From the IMG/VR virus record IMGVR_UViG_2681813318_000003: a stretch of DNA of 64,000 nt; one strand, 5' to 3'. The notes beneath the pieces were generated by a model, which worked only from the letters and a program-made list of their open reading frames with translations, was not told the DNA's origin and searched no databases. This stretch comes from a virus. Lineage: Duplodnaviria; Heunggongvirae; Uroviricota; Caudoviricetes. The position numbers and the translations under genes were made by a program. Positions 48,845 through 58,447 of this stretch are shown in pieces. The first letter of the stretch is position 1, and every line of letters starts with the position of its first letter.

Positions 48845-48917
48845 GTATCACCAAATAAAGAGGGCCACTAAATATAGTGGCCCATGTTAATAGATAAGCA
48901 CTTACCTATCAACGAGA

Positions 48918-49487
48918 TCAAATGAGAGACTTGAGAACATCGCGCACCTGGCGAAACTGATCTGTTTGCATACCGGTATGGATGGCAGCCACCGCATCAG
49001 CCAAATGTTCGTTTTTGTTCACGAGAACATCCTGTCCAGATTGCTTACGACGCAGCCACGGTGCTTTAGGGTGTTTTTTCGTAGCCCACTGGATAATCTC
49101 TTCTTTCGATGTAGTAAGTTTATTGCCGACAAAATGCTTGATTTCGTTTGGAGTAACCTGGATCAATGGCTTATCCACACACGCAAGTACACCGATACAA
49201 ATACCGTAAGACGTCTGCGAACGAGAGTTTTGGCTCCCAACCGGTAGCTCACAAAAAACCATATTTGCCTTATCAATGATTGGCTTCGCAACACGCCATA
49301 TTTCACTGGCTCGGCGCAGATCGTCACTGTTCACACGAACGGTCTTTTTGTTACTCCCCGCTTTAGTCTCAACAAGAGTAAGGCCGTGAATCTCAAGTTC
49401 GTCCGTCTCAAGGTCTAAAGTGCCCACAGCAAGCCCAAAGTTGCTCATTGAGGGATCAACACCAACTACGCTGATTTTTTTACTCAT
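48918..49487 (-). CDS. RuvC-like Holliday junction resolvase
   Basis: N-terminal VVGVDPSMSNFGLAVG resembles the RuvC/YqgF catalytic Asp motif; 189 aa; SD AAGGAG. Confidence 0.5.
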   Translation of the reverse strand: MSKKISVVGVDPSMSNFGLAVGTLDLETDELEIHGLTLVETKAGSNKKTVRVNSDDLRRASEIWRVAKPIIDKANMVFCELPVGSQNSRSQTSYGICIGVLACVDKPLIQVTPNEIKHFVGNKLTTSKEEIIQWATKKHPKAPWLRRKQSGQDVLVNKNEHLADAVAAIHTGMQTDQFRQVRDVLKSLI

Positions 49488-49496
49488 ATAGTCTCC

Positions 49497-50240
49497 TTAC
49501 CATGTTCCCCATATAGGGTTTTCCAATAATCTCGCCTCCAACGAATTGGCTACTATTGCCGTTTGCAACGTTGGTTGGGGATAGTTTGCAAAGTCTGAAT
49601 ACTCATTTTCCTGCGTGACACGTTTATCTGCGGCATGTTTAACACCACTTGCTATGAAATGACGCATGATGCCCAACAGCCTCCGACTGTCTGCACTATC
49701 GTTTGCTAAAACATGAGGGAGCTGAAGTTCGATTTCTACCATTTCTCCATACTTACCAACAAACTGTAGTTTGTCCGCACTGTACTTTTTATCCCTCCTT
49801 TGGATAAGGAAACCAGTAAAAGCATCACCTGGCGATGCCAAACTATCCGCCCGCTTATTGGCAAGTCGAATAAGGTTCGTGAAAGCCATACAGAGATGCG
49901 CATCCATTGCCCCAAAGAACCCTTCGCTATTAATGTTAAGATCTTCAGTTTCATGGGTTGCGATAAACCCAGGTCCGACGTTGGGAAGATATCCCCCCTC
50001 AACAAAAGGATTAATCAAGATCGGCGCAATACATCCAGACGGCAGTGATTCCAAACTTTGCATCAATGGTGTCTCGGATATTAGACCAAGCAACGGGGCG
50101 AATTGTGCTTTGTCAATATTATTGCTGCCCCACAGAATACGTGGAGCCGCACTATTGGAAGTATGCCCATTGATCAGTTTTATCGACTGCATCACTGCAA
50201 ACACCTGCAAAAACTGCGAGCGGCTTAATTTAAACGACAT
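49497..50240 (-). CDS. Hypothetical protein co-transcribed with SbcCD
   Basis: 247-aa ORF with SD GAGGGG; start overlaps the SbcC stop region. Confidence 0.4.
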   Translation of the reverse strand: MSFKLSRSQFLQVFAVMQSIKLINGHTSNSAAPRILWGSNNIDKAQFAPLLGLISETPLMQSLESLPSGCIAPILINPFVEGGYLPNVGPGFIATHETEDLNINSEGFFGAMDAHLCMAFTNLIRLANKRADSLASPGDAFTGFLIQRRDKKYSADKLQFVGKYGEMVEIELQLPHVLANDSADSRRLLGIMRHFIASGVKHAADKRVTQENEYSDFANYPQPTLQTAIVANSLEARLLENPIWGTW

Positions 50241-52146
50241 AGCTGCGCCCCTCTTTAACTTCCAGCGTAATAGTTTCGCGGAACCATGACTTCATCTCTT
50301 TATGGGAGATAATCAGCACAGTGCCCCGTTCGCGAGCTTTGGACTCCAGAATACCCATGAGGCGTTCAAGACCGGCTGTATCGAGTGCATCGTCAATTTC
50401 GTCGCCGATAAACAAATCGATGTTTTTACTCGCCCGGTTACTAACCAGATCCTGCAATGCCAAAGAACACGCAATGCGAACCTTCCGCTTCTCACCACCA
50501 GAGAGGGTCTGGAACGACTTACTTGAACCTTTCTTCTGCACACTAATGTTGAATTTGTCGCGATACTCACCTTTTTTAGTGACATCCATCGTCGACCACT
50601 CAGCAGTAATATTCCCGTCAGACAACGTATTGAGATACTCGGCTGTGCGTGTATTCAGGAAAGGCGTAACAGACGTCAAAATATGAGAACGCACCCCGGC
50701 AGGAGAGTAGACCTGACGAGCTTTTTCCAATAGCAACGTTTGTTCCTGAATAGCCTTCAACTCATCTTTTAAGGACTTGAAGGTAGACTTACTGGATACC
50801 AGGTTATCTTCGTGTCTGGCGATAAGAGCAATAAACGGATTAATCTCTTTTGATATACGATCGACCTCAGTACGAGCACGAGTAACAAGAGACTCAATAG
50901 CAACAACCTCCTTCTCACGATGACGCAAAGATGAGAGTTGTTTAGTAAGTTCTTCAATCCGGGCAATGATAGCCGTTACATCAGGTGTCGTTTTAACAAG
51001 GGCAGACTCAATGCTTAACGCCTTCTCAAGATTCGTTTTGTGTTTAGCCATTGCCTCTGCAAGTGTCTTCGCCTGACCAATTTCCTGACGTGCTTGTTCA
51101 ATGAAATTCTCCTTCACCGTTGATAGATCTTTTTCGCAGTAGGCTTTGCCACAAGTAGGGCATGGTGATCCTACTTTAGTACCAACCTCTTCTGCTTTGG
51201 TCTTAAAATTGCGCGCGCGGCTCATTGCATCAGCCTGACTATTTTCTGTAGCTTTGATGCTTGCCCGAATATCAGTTATCGCTCCACGCACTTTGAGCAA
51301 CTTGGCGTCATGTTCTTCTTTTGAGGCTAACTTTTTGCGCTCACTTTCGATTGCCTTCTCGGTATCACAGATCTGTTCGGGAAGAGTGCGGATCTCAAGT
51401 TCAACTTCTGTTAACTCAACTTCGGCACTTGCCAGCCCAGCCAGGGCATCGTCATAACGTTTAGAACGCTCTTGTTCCCATGATTCAGAGGAGGCTTTCG
51501 CGGACTCAATTTCTGACTGTGTTGCCTCAATGGTCGAGATTGTCGACTCCAATTTGGTTTTAACCACGTCCATACGTGCGGCAGCTGCGTTAGCTCGTTC
51601 ACGAGCAATAGCGTAGGCGCGTGTCAGTCTGTCAACGCCAGCGGCTTCTTCTACGATGGTTTTGAGGTTTTTGTCGGACATTCCAGGTAGATCTGGCATA
51701 GCTTCTTGGCTTGCATAGATGGAAGCCATGAAAACCTCTTTAGATGCACCGATCAGACGTTCGACGAACTCTTGCGTCAGCGCATCTTTGCCTTTCGTCA
51801 TATCGCCGTCTTCACCACGAACGATAAGCCGATTTTTGAACTCTTTGTGTTTACGGTGACGAATGATCGCATATCTCTTGCCTTCATCCTCGATGGTTAC
51901 TGCAACACGACAGTTCTTTTCATGGTCGGTAGACAACACATCGTCCCCCTTCACACCATGAGCTGTTTCACCATAAAGACACCACATCAGGCTATTCATT
52001 AGAGTTGACTTTCCAGAGCCATTACTTGATGCGGAACTATCATCACTATTAACGCCCTGAATTAACACTAAACCACGCTGATCTAACTCGACCTCCGCGC
52101 TGGCGATAGCCATAAAATTCTCAACCTGGAGTTTTAAAAACTTCAT
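50230..52146 (-). CDS. SbcC/Rad50-like recombination ATPase
   Basis: Walker A NGSGKST, long coiled coil with central CPTCGK zinc hook, C-terminal signature LSGGEKRK and Walker B LFIGDEID. Confidence 0.8.
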   Translation of the reverse strand: MKFLKLQVENFMAIASAEVELDQRGLVLIQGVNSDDSSASSNGSGKSTLMNSLMWCLYGETAHGVKGDDVLSTDHEKNCRVAVTIEDEGKRYAIIRHRKHKEFKNRLIVRGEDGDMTKGKDALTQEFVERLIGASKEVFMASIYASQEAMPDLPGMSDKNLKTIVEEAAGVDRLTRAYAIARERANAAAARMDVVKTKLESTISTIEATQSEIESAKASSESWEQERSKRYDDALAGLASAEVELTEVELEIRTLPEQICDTEKAIESERKKLASKEEHDAKLLKVRGAITDIRASIKATENSQADAMSRARNFKTKAEEVGTKVGSPCPTCGKAYCEKDLSTVKENFIEQARQEIGQAKTLAEAMAKHKTNLEKALSIESALVKTTPDVTAIIARIEELTKQLSSLRHREKEVVAIESLVTRARTEVDRISKEINPFIALIARHEDNLVSSKSTFKSLKDELKAIQEQTLLLEKARQVYSPAGVRSHILTSVTPFLNTRTAEYLNTLSDGNITAEWSTMDVTKKGEYRDKFNISVQKKGSSKSFQTLSGGEKRKVRIACSLALQDLVSNRASKNIDLFIGDEIDDALDTAGLERLMGILESKARERGTVLIISHKEMKSWFRETITLEVKEGRSYVV

Positions 52147-52375
52147 ATAACACCTTTGATACCGTGTGTTAGCTTTTGACCTTCTTTCAATCTGAACTCC
52201 GTATGCGCCGGGAAGGATCTGCGCCTCAATACGCCTTTTCTGGTTAACCTTCCAAGATAAAACGCTACGGGATTTCCTTGTGGCGGGTAGGGCTTGTGAA
52301 ACATCACCGTCTGGCCTCGTTCAAGTCTTTTCATCGTGATGGCAAAGTCTCGAAAGCTCCCATAACGACTTTGCC

Positions 52376-53461
52376 TCACACAGCCTCCGAACTCTCCGCT
52401 TCGGTGAGGATTTCCTGACACAAAATATCCAACTTGCTCAGATCAAATCCGCCGTCAGTATCGTGGACAATCTTGCAATAAGCAGATACCGACTCTCCCA
52501 GGCTATCGATTTTGCTGGTTTCCGTTGTGCTTGCTGTCCCTTCCATCATTGATGACTTACGGATGAAGTTGCACACAACACCTTTTGCACCCATTGTTTT
52601 GAGGATGTTCTGGTACTTAATGCCTTCTTCGTCGTTCTCGATTACGGCGCGGAAACGCACGTAGTTGCCGCGAATTTGGTCATCAGCAACATAATCTTCC
52701 AGGTTAATGAATTTAGGCGCACTGGTTTCGTAGTGACTGAAACTGCCGTCCGGGTTTACGATCATGTAACCAGCCAGAGATCCAACATCTCCCCAATTTT
52801 GATGGGTCAGTGCACCGACACTGATAACTCCAGGAATGACCTCTTTGTGGTTGTGGTAATGCCCACTAAGCACGAGACGAAAGCCGATATCCTTTAACTC
52901 CTGCGCATCGATACCGACGTCAGGCATTGTTGGAATGGCTTTGTTAATGGATGTATGGATAACAACATCATGATTATCACCTTCTACGCTCTTACGTAAT
53001 GCTTTCAGATCGCTGATAAGCTCTGCATGATTGTTACGCCAGCTAATCAGGTGGACAGTCACATCACCAATTTTTATTGAGTGTGGGCGCTTGCCACATA
53101 CGATTACCACGCCGATAGAACTCAGCGATGCTGCTGCGTTGGCGCTATATACTGAATCGTTGGTTTCAAGATCGTGATTACCGGCCAGCATTACTACTGT
53201 CAGATCAAGCTCGTTGATAATCCACTTGTACGTTTCAGTTACGTAATGCAAAACAGAAGGGGACACAGTTCCTCGGACGTGAAATGTATCACCGGCAACC
53301 AACATGTACTTACAACCGGCCTTCTTCATGGCGATGGCTGCTTCTTTCGTTGCTTCCAACTGTATTTCAAGTCTGGAGTTAAGCCCCTCAGCGTTCGTCG
53401 TGGAGAACGCATCCCATTTGTGGTAGTGGCAGTCAGAAATGACGCCGTATGGCAAAGTCAT
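52376..53461 (-). CDS. SbcD/Mre11-like nuclease (calcineurin-like phosphoesterase)
   Basis: Phosphoesterase motifs LVAGDTFH, LAGNHD, LSGHYH; start at ATG 53461 with context AAAGGAAAAACACATG. Confidence 0.8.
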   Translation of the reverse strand: MTLPYGVISDCHYHKWDAFSTTNAEGLNSRLEIQLEATKEAAIAMKKAGCKYMLVAGDTFHVRGTVSPSVLHYVTETYKWIINELDLTVVMLAGNHDLETNDSVYSANAAASLSSIGVVIVCGKRPHSIKIGDVTVHLISWRNNHAELISDLKALRKSVEGDNHDVVIHTSINKAIPTMPDVGIDAQELKDIGFRLVLSGHYHNHKEVIPGVISVGALTHQNWGDVGSLAGYMIVNPDGSFSHYETSAPKFINLEDYVADDQIRGNYVRFRAVIENDEEGIKYQNILKTMGAKGVVCNFIRKSSMMEGTASTTETSKIDSLGESVSAYCKIVHDTDGGFDLSKLDILCQEILTEAESSEAV

Positions 53462-53782
53462 GTGTTTTTCCTTTGTGGTTATTTGATACAAATCTTAAGC
53501 TTGCTCGAGAGGTGAGCAACCAAGACAGCACGGCACAGAAGAACATCAACAGGCATAGTATTACAAAATAAATAGGTAAGTGAATACCTACCAAAATTGT
53601 TGAATGGATTGCTTACAAGGCGGCTAGAGTTTCATTGAAGTGCTTAGATGTATATGGTAGGCAAAAGTCTCATCGTTACATATGAATGAACTATCTCATG
53701 GGTCATGTATCATTTGATATTTTTATTATCAACAATTACTGTATAAGAGGAATTTTCCAAATTGAAAAAGGATTGATTATCA

Positions 53783-54040
53783 ATGGCTATTGATGAAAGA
53801 AATATTGTTGTTGGTGGATTGTACAAGACCCATACGAATCAAGAACGGGTCGTTCTAGAAATAAAAGATGATGAAGTGAAATACGCTCCTCGAGGTGGAA
53901 ATGTAGAAAATAAATTTGACCATATGCAAAAAGCCAAATTGATCACATTTGCAGGAGCATGTTCAGAAAAAATTAAAGATTTACCCTCCGATGAATTTAA
54001 TAAAATTCGACAACTATTTGTGGATAGAAAACTTATTTAA
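53783..54040 (+). CDS. Hypothetical small protein in AT-rich moron
   Basis: 85-aa plus-strand ORF in a low-GC island between minus-strand operons, followed by a T-run terminator near 54132-54165. Confidence 0.4.
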   Translation: MAIDERNIVVGGLYKTHTNQERVVLEIKDDEVKYAPRGGNVENKFDHMQKAKLITFAGACSEKIKDLPSDEFNKIRQLFVDRKLI

Positions 54041-54187
54041 ATAGTTGTATTAGTTTTGAGGGTTTGTCTCTTAAAGGATTACCATTACTTGGATGAGTAA
54101 ATTTTAAACAGGAAAAGTTCTAAAAGCCAATGAGCGCCTATGTAACGAGCGCTCTTTTTTTGTTTGTGGATGGGCCTACTAAACCAT

Positions 54188-54841
54188 TTAAATCGTGTCG
54201 GAGGGCTTTTTACGCGCGTTACGCGCTGCGTTTATGCTTATGACGCCAGCTTTTGGACGTGGGTCAACAAGGTTAAGCTCTTCTTCACTGTGGTATTCGA
54301 GGTCGAACTCACGTTTTACATGTCTGATGTAGATTGCGGTGAGCAGGCTATCTTTGGTTAGGAAGTGTCCGTAGGATTTGCGGATCACTTCTTCTACCTT
54401 CTCGATTTTCTCACCCCCCATACAGAGATGATTAAACCGGCTGTGTTTTCGCAACATTTCGTCTACTGGACCTGAGTAAACCTTGTCTACTTTCCCAAAA
54501 CGGATGATTTTCCCTGTGTCTGCGGATACAAGGCAAATCAGCTTGTCTGGTGATAAACGATCTCGCCACGTCACACCTGAACGGAGTGTGTTGAAGTAGG
54601 GGGCATCCAATCCGATGATCGGTTTACGAAATGCGAGCAATGGAACGTACCTGATGCAACTGTTTAAATGAAAATTCACACCAGCCTTATCAAGTTTAAT
54701 TCTGGTTTCGTAGATCGGGCACTTCGCCGCTATACCGCAGATGTCACAAAGCAACTTCTGCTTATTCAGGTTGGAATTTGATTCGATAGTGTAGGAGCCG
54801 TCTTCAAGACGACGAACCCAGCGCGTGCGTTTTAGATCCAT
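54188..54841 (-). CDS. Hypothetical protein adjacent to the replication origin
   Basis: 217-aa ORF with CxxC (LCDICG) and further Cys residues; divergent from repA. Confidence 0.4.
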   Translation of the reverse strand: MDLKRTRWVRRLEDGSYTIESNSNLNKQKLLCDICGIAAKCPIYETRIKLDKAGVNFHLNSCIRYVPLLAFRKPIIGLDAPYFNTLRSGVTWRDRLSPDKLICLVSADTGKIIRFGKVDKVYSGPVDEMLRKHSRFNHLCMGGEKIEKVEEVIRKSYGHFLTKDSLLTAIYIRHVKREFDLEYHSEEELNLVDPRPKAGVISINAARNARKKPSDTI

Positions 54842-54918
54842 ATGTCATTTTTCTGTGATTGTTAGCCGAGGCAACGATAACCCACCAGGTGCGCCGAAGG
54901 TAGTAAATGCCTGTTTTA

Positions 54919-55145
54919 ATTATTCACATATCCACAGGATAGATCCTAATAAAGAGATCCATAGATAGATCCTTGTATAGATCAAATAAGATCCCCGATC
55001 GCTGTAAGCCGCGCCACGACTGGTCTGAAGCCATGTTCATGTATGCTACCAGCGGTAATTGATAGTCTGTCAACGGTTCGCCGTATGCTGCCAACTGTTT
55101 TTGGTATGCTGCCAGCGGCAAATCAAGTATGCTGTCAGCGGTTGA
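54919..55145. promoter_or_regulatory. Plasmid-type replication origin: tandem DnaA boxes, GATC-rich repeats, upstream iterons
   Basis: TTATTCACATATCCACA (two overlapping DnaA-box matches), six GATC sites within about 60 bp in AGATCC units, then four iteron copies GTATGCT(G/A)(C/T)CAGCGG at about 55041, 55083, 55104, 55127. Confidence 0.7.
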
Positions 55146-55162
55146 ATGACAAAGGTGTCCAC

Positions 55163-56257
55163 ATGTCCACAAAAAATAAAAAAGGTAAAAATAACAAAGA
55201 AGTAGAAGATAATCTCGACAACTTTGAAGAAGGTTCCCTTGAATTGTACACAGGGGAACTTGTCCCTAATAGCAACAATACAGTCCAACCAATTGCGTTG
55301 ATGCGGCTGGGGTTGTTCGTGCCCACGCTCAAGGGGACAAAATACAGCAAGCGTAACAAGCCAAATGAGATCGATGCTTCAAAGGAGCTTGTTCAGCTCG
55401 AAGTAGCCCGTTCTGAAGGTTATTCCGATATCAAGATAACCGGTCCTCGTCTCGACATGGATCATGATTTCAAAACGTGGGTGGGCGTTGTGCGTTCGCT
55501 GGCAGAATACGGCGAACCTAACGGTCGTGTCGAGTTAAGCATCACGAAATTTGCGAAGTTTTGTGGCTATCCATCGTCACAGATCCGCAAAACACTCCGC
55601 GACCGGCTTACAAACAGTCTTTTGAAGATCATGCGTACAACTCTGTCTTTTCAGAGAACGTATGAAGAAAAGAACGTCGACGGCTCTAACAAGATCTCGC
55701 TTCTGATGGTGCACCTCATCAATAGCGTGGACTACAACGAGCAGAAAGATACGGTGGTGTTCTATGCAGAACCGAAGCTGGCCGAACTATATCGCTTTGA
55801 CCATAAGGTTCTTTTGCAGTTAAAGGTTATCAATAAGCTACCACGCAAAGAAACAGCACAGGCTCTGTACACCTTCATCGAAAGTCTTCCAACCAAGCCT
55901 GCGCCGGTATCGCTTGCTCGATTACGTGCGCGACTCAATTTGAGTAGCAGGAATGTCAGCTCGCAGAATCAGACTATACGTAACGGCTTAAAAGCTCTCC
56001 AAGATTTGGGCTATCTCGAATACAGCGAGATTAAGCGAGGGCGGTCGATCTATATCCAGATTCACAGCCGCAATCCAAAACTCAAAGTCGCACCGCCAAA
56101 ACCTGAAGACATCGAACCCAAAAAACCAGATGAGAAAGCTGGGGAAATTGATGCCAAACAGAACATTATCAACAAGATAACCGAACTTTCGCAGAATTTG
56201 ACGCCTGAAAATATCAAGATGATTGAGATCCTTTCCAATAGTCTCAAACTGCTTTGA
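55163..56257 (+). CDS. repA: Iteron-binding replication initiator (RepA-like)
   Basis: 364-aa ORF flanked on both sides by same-orientation iterons; start taken at ATG 55163 (MSTKNKKGK) after SD AAGG; architecture matches P1-type incC-repA-incA replicons. Confidence 0.7.
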   Translation: MSTKNKKGKNNKEVEDNLDNFEEGSLELYTGELVPNSNNTVQPIALMRLGLFVPTLKGTKYSKRNKPNEIDASKELVQLEVARSEGYSDIKITGPRLDMDHDFKTWVGVVRSLAEYGEPNGRVELSITKFAKFCGYPSSQIRKTLRDRLTNSLLKIMRTTLSFQRTYEEKNVDGSNKISLLMVHLINSVDYNEQKDTVVFYAEPKLAELYRFDHKVLLQLKVINKLPRKETAQALYTFIESLPTKPAPVSLARLRARLNLSSRNVSSQNQTIRNGLKALQDLGYLEYSEIKRGRSIYIQIHSRNPKLKVAPPKPEDIEPKKPDEKAGEIDAKQNIINKITELSQNLTPENIKMIEILSNSLKLL

Positions 56258-56792
56258 TATGCTGTCAGCGGTGAAATGTATGCTATCAGCGGCTATTTTT
56301 CTGAAAAGTATGCTGTGAACGGTTAAAGATATGCTACCAGCGGTATAGTGAGATAAACGTATGCTGTGAGCGGTAAATCATCTATCACCACTCAATGCTC
56401 TGGCATACCTCCCCAGTGGTTACTAACCTCGAAGAGTGCATTCCATATAGGTTTGCGCTCACTAACATTCTATTGCCGTTGCGCTGATTGCTTGTAGTGA
56501 AAGGCATTTATTGCCTGCTGCTCCCTGATAGAACGTATGCTGTCAGCGGTGTTTTATTGAGGAATTTTTGTTTGGATATGCTATCAGCGGTAATTAATGG
56601 TATATGTCAGACCTTCGTATGCTGCCAGCGGTAATTTTGTTCTGGTTATAACCATACCGGTACACATTATTCATGCAATGTCTTAAGTATGCTGTCAGCG
56701 GTAAAAAATCGAGTAAAGTATGCTGTGAGCGGTGAGATAAACTCTCGATATGCTATCAGCGGTAATTGATTGTGTATGCTGTCAGCGGTGAC
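56258..56792 (+). repeat. Downstream iteron arrays (incA-like), about 12 copies
   Basis: 19-bp units (G)TATGCTGTCAGCGGT(A/G)A at about 56258, 56279, 56308, 56329, 56359, then after a 150-bp spacer at 56535, 56576, 56617, 56687, 56718, 56748, 56774; irregular spacing. Confidence 0.8.
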
Positions 56793-56836
56793 GACTATGA
56801 AATATGACTGCGGCACGTGCCGCAGTCAGTTTGCAT

Positions 56837-57049
56837 TTAGTGTATTTTCTTTAACAGACCCCAAAGTGTTCCGGCTTTTGTAGTCAGTTTTCCTGTTTCT
56901 GGATCGTACATACGCCATTCACGCCGCTGGTGGACGATATACCCATCTTCACGTTCCAGACGCTCAAGAATGCCAGGCTGCTTGAAACCCTTAGCACGCC
57001 AGTAGCCGCTTGTTTTCTCGATTTCCAGACCTGCCAGTGTTAATGCCAT
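56837..57049 (-). CDS. Hypothetical small protein
   Basis: 70-aa ORF, start overlapping the stop of the upstream gene. Confidence 0.35.
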   Translation of the reverse strand: MALTLAGLEIEKTSGYWRAKGFKQPGILERLEREDGYIVHQRREWRMYDPETGKLTTKAGTLWGLLKKIH

Positions 57050-57384
57050 TATCCAACCTCCTTGCAGTCATCGAAAAGGTAGCTTTGCTGAGAAGCGTGA
57101 ACGCCATAGAAGCCCTTGTATTTGTTGTATACGAAGTGGTCTTCTCCGACGCCGGTTAATTTGCCATTACGGTTTGTGAGATATGGGGATGACAATACTC
57201 GATCGTCACGCACTACATAGAACTGGTCGCCGCTGTCTACGACCATCGCGCCATATGGTGCTTTTATGACGTCGGTAAAAGCGCCATTCTTAATGTCGGC
57301 TACAGACATTTCACACTGATAAACAGTGGTGTCGGCCACAACGATCGAAGAAAGGAACAACAAAGCGAATGGGATGGCCTTCAT
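57049..57384 (-). CDS. Secreted or periplasmic protein
   Basis: 111 aa with signal peptide MKAIPFALLFLSSIVVA. Confidence 0.45.
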   Translation of the reverse strand: MKAIPFALLFLSSIVVADTTVYQCEMSVADIKNGAFTDVIKAPYGAMVVDSGDQFYVVRDDRVLSSPYLTNRNGKLTGVGEDHFVYNKYKGFYGVHASQQSYLFDDCKEVG

Positions 57385-57560
57385 GCTGCCACCTCTTTGA
57401 TTACATCAAATGCTGAATTAAATACGAGCACGATAGCCAAAGCGTTTATGACTACTTCGTTCACCGGGGAAAATACTTTACGAATGACACCAGTGAAAAT
57501 GCAGTCGATGACAAAAGCTATTGACACGATGAGTAACAAGTATTCAATAAAAATCTTCAT
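57381..57560 (-). CDS. Small membrane protein (below the ORF-track size cutoff)
   Basis: 59-aa ORF read manually (MKIFIEYLLLIVSIAFVIDCIFTGV...); its stop overlaps the next start as ATGA; two hydrophobic segments. Confidence 0.3.
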   Translation of the reverse strand: MKIFIEYLLLIVSIAFVIDCIFTGVIRKVFSPVNEVVINALAIVLVFNSAFDVIKEVAA

Positions 57561-57599
57561 GATAGGTAGATACTAACTTATATAAATTTTACTGTAAAC

Positions 57600-57875
57600 T
57601 CACTCAAAAGTGCTGATGCTTAAAATACGCTCAAGATGTGCGGCATCTTCATCACTGATTTGTTGAGTCTCTTCTACGTACCAACAGTTGCCGTTATGCC
57701 AACAAACACCATCATCATCAACCATCACTGAATCAGCGTCATGACCTGTATATTCAACGAGAATGTGCTGGATCAGCGCGTCAGTTTCTTCGTCGTTAAG
57801 GCCATCGGCTTTGACCATAAAAAGCGGAAACACGTCATAGACAGTGCTGGTAACGATTCGAACTAAAACTCTCAT
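57600..57875 (-). CDS. Hypothetical small acidic protein
   Basis: 91-aa ORF with start context AAAGGAAAAACACATG. Confidence 0.4.
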   Translation of the reverse strand: MRVLVRIVTSTVYDVFPLFMVKADGLNDEETDALIQHILVEYTGHDADSVMVDDDGVCWHNGNCWYVEETQQISDEDAAHLERILSISTFE

Positions 57876-57930
57876 GTGTTTTTCCTTTTGTGGTTAGTGT
57901 TTACTTATTTTGTTAGTTATGAATAGGCGA

Positions 57931-58356
57931 TCAATCTTCTTGTTTAGGGAAAAACTGTTCAATAACTCTGTCAACGGCTGTGTCTATATGGAGTAGATGC
58001 CACACAACCATATCTTTGCTTCCCATGCCTTGTGTGAATATCACGTCATACTTACGCCATGCGCAGTGGAACCAATATGCTGAGTCATCAATTGGTAAAT
58101 CCTCTCCCGCCTCTTTGAAGTATTTCAGCAGCATTGCCTGCTCTGCCGTTGGCGTTGGACCTATTTCCTGAGCGTACATACGGATGAATCGCTGCCAGTC
58201 TGTCTCGTCGGGGGTTGGATCTGGTGGGGTCATTTCTGCGATAGCGTTTCGTAGCTGATGCGCCCAATCAGGTTCAGGAAAGCCTTTTGCTACTTCATCA
58301 TCAATAACATCCAGAGCCACGTTTGCGGCATCGTAGAGTTTCTTAATAGCTGTCAT
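57931..58356 (-). CDS. Hypothetical protein
   Basis: 141-aa ORF; class A motif upstream. Confidence 0.4.
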   Translation of the reverse strand: MTAIKKLYDAANVALDVIDDEVAKGFPEPDWAHQLRNAIAEMTPPDPTPDETDWQRFIRMYAQEIGPTPTAEQAMLLKYFKEAGEDLPIDDSAYWFHCAWRKYDVIFTQGMGSKDMVVWHLLHIDTAVDRVIEQFFPKQED

Positions 58357-58404
58357 GTTTTCTTATCCTTTTAAACAAATTGTTTTCTTAATAAGATAAT
58401 TGCG

Positions 58405-58432
58405 ATAAAAAAGGCGTCCAACTGGACGCCTG
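58405..58432 (-). terminator. Rho-independent terminator (GGCGTCC hairpin family)
   Basis: AGGCGTCCAGTTGGACGCCT followed by TTTTTT on the minus strand; same stem family at 59545-59570 and 61877-61906. Confidence 0.65.
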
Positions 58433-58447
58433 AACTTTTTAGGGGAG

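Noticed and set aside
52147-52375. Small basic ORF (part of ORF 52143..52421) between sbcD and sbcC
   Set aside because: The first ATG has no SD and the upstream part overlaps the sbcD 3' end; could be real but not supportable from sequence alone.
55043-55162. N-terminal extension of repA through the upstream iterons
   Set aside because: The extended frame is translated from iteron repeats; ATG 55163 follows an SD and gives a sensible N-terminus.
56258-56792. Possible CRISPR array
   Set aside because: Repeats are 19-bp units with irregular spacing, share orientation with copies upstream of repA, and have no uniform spacers or cas genes; they are iterons.
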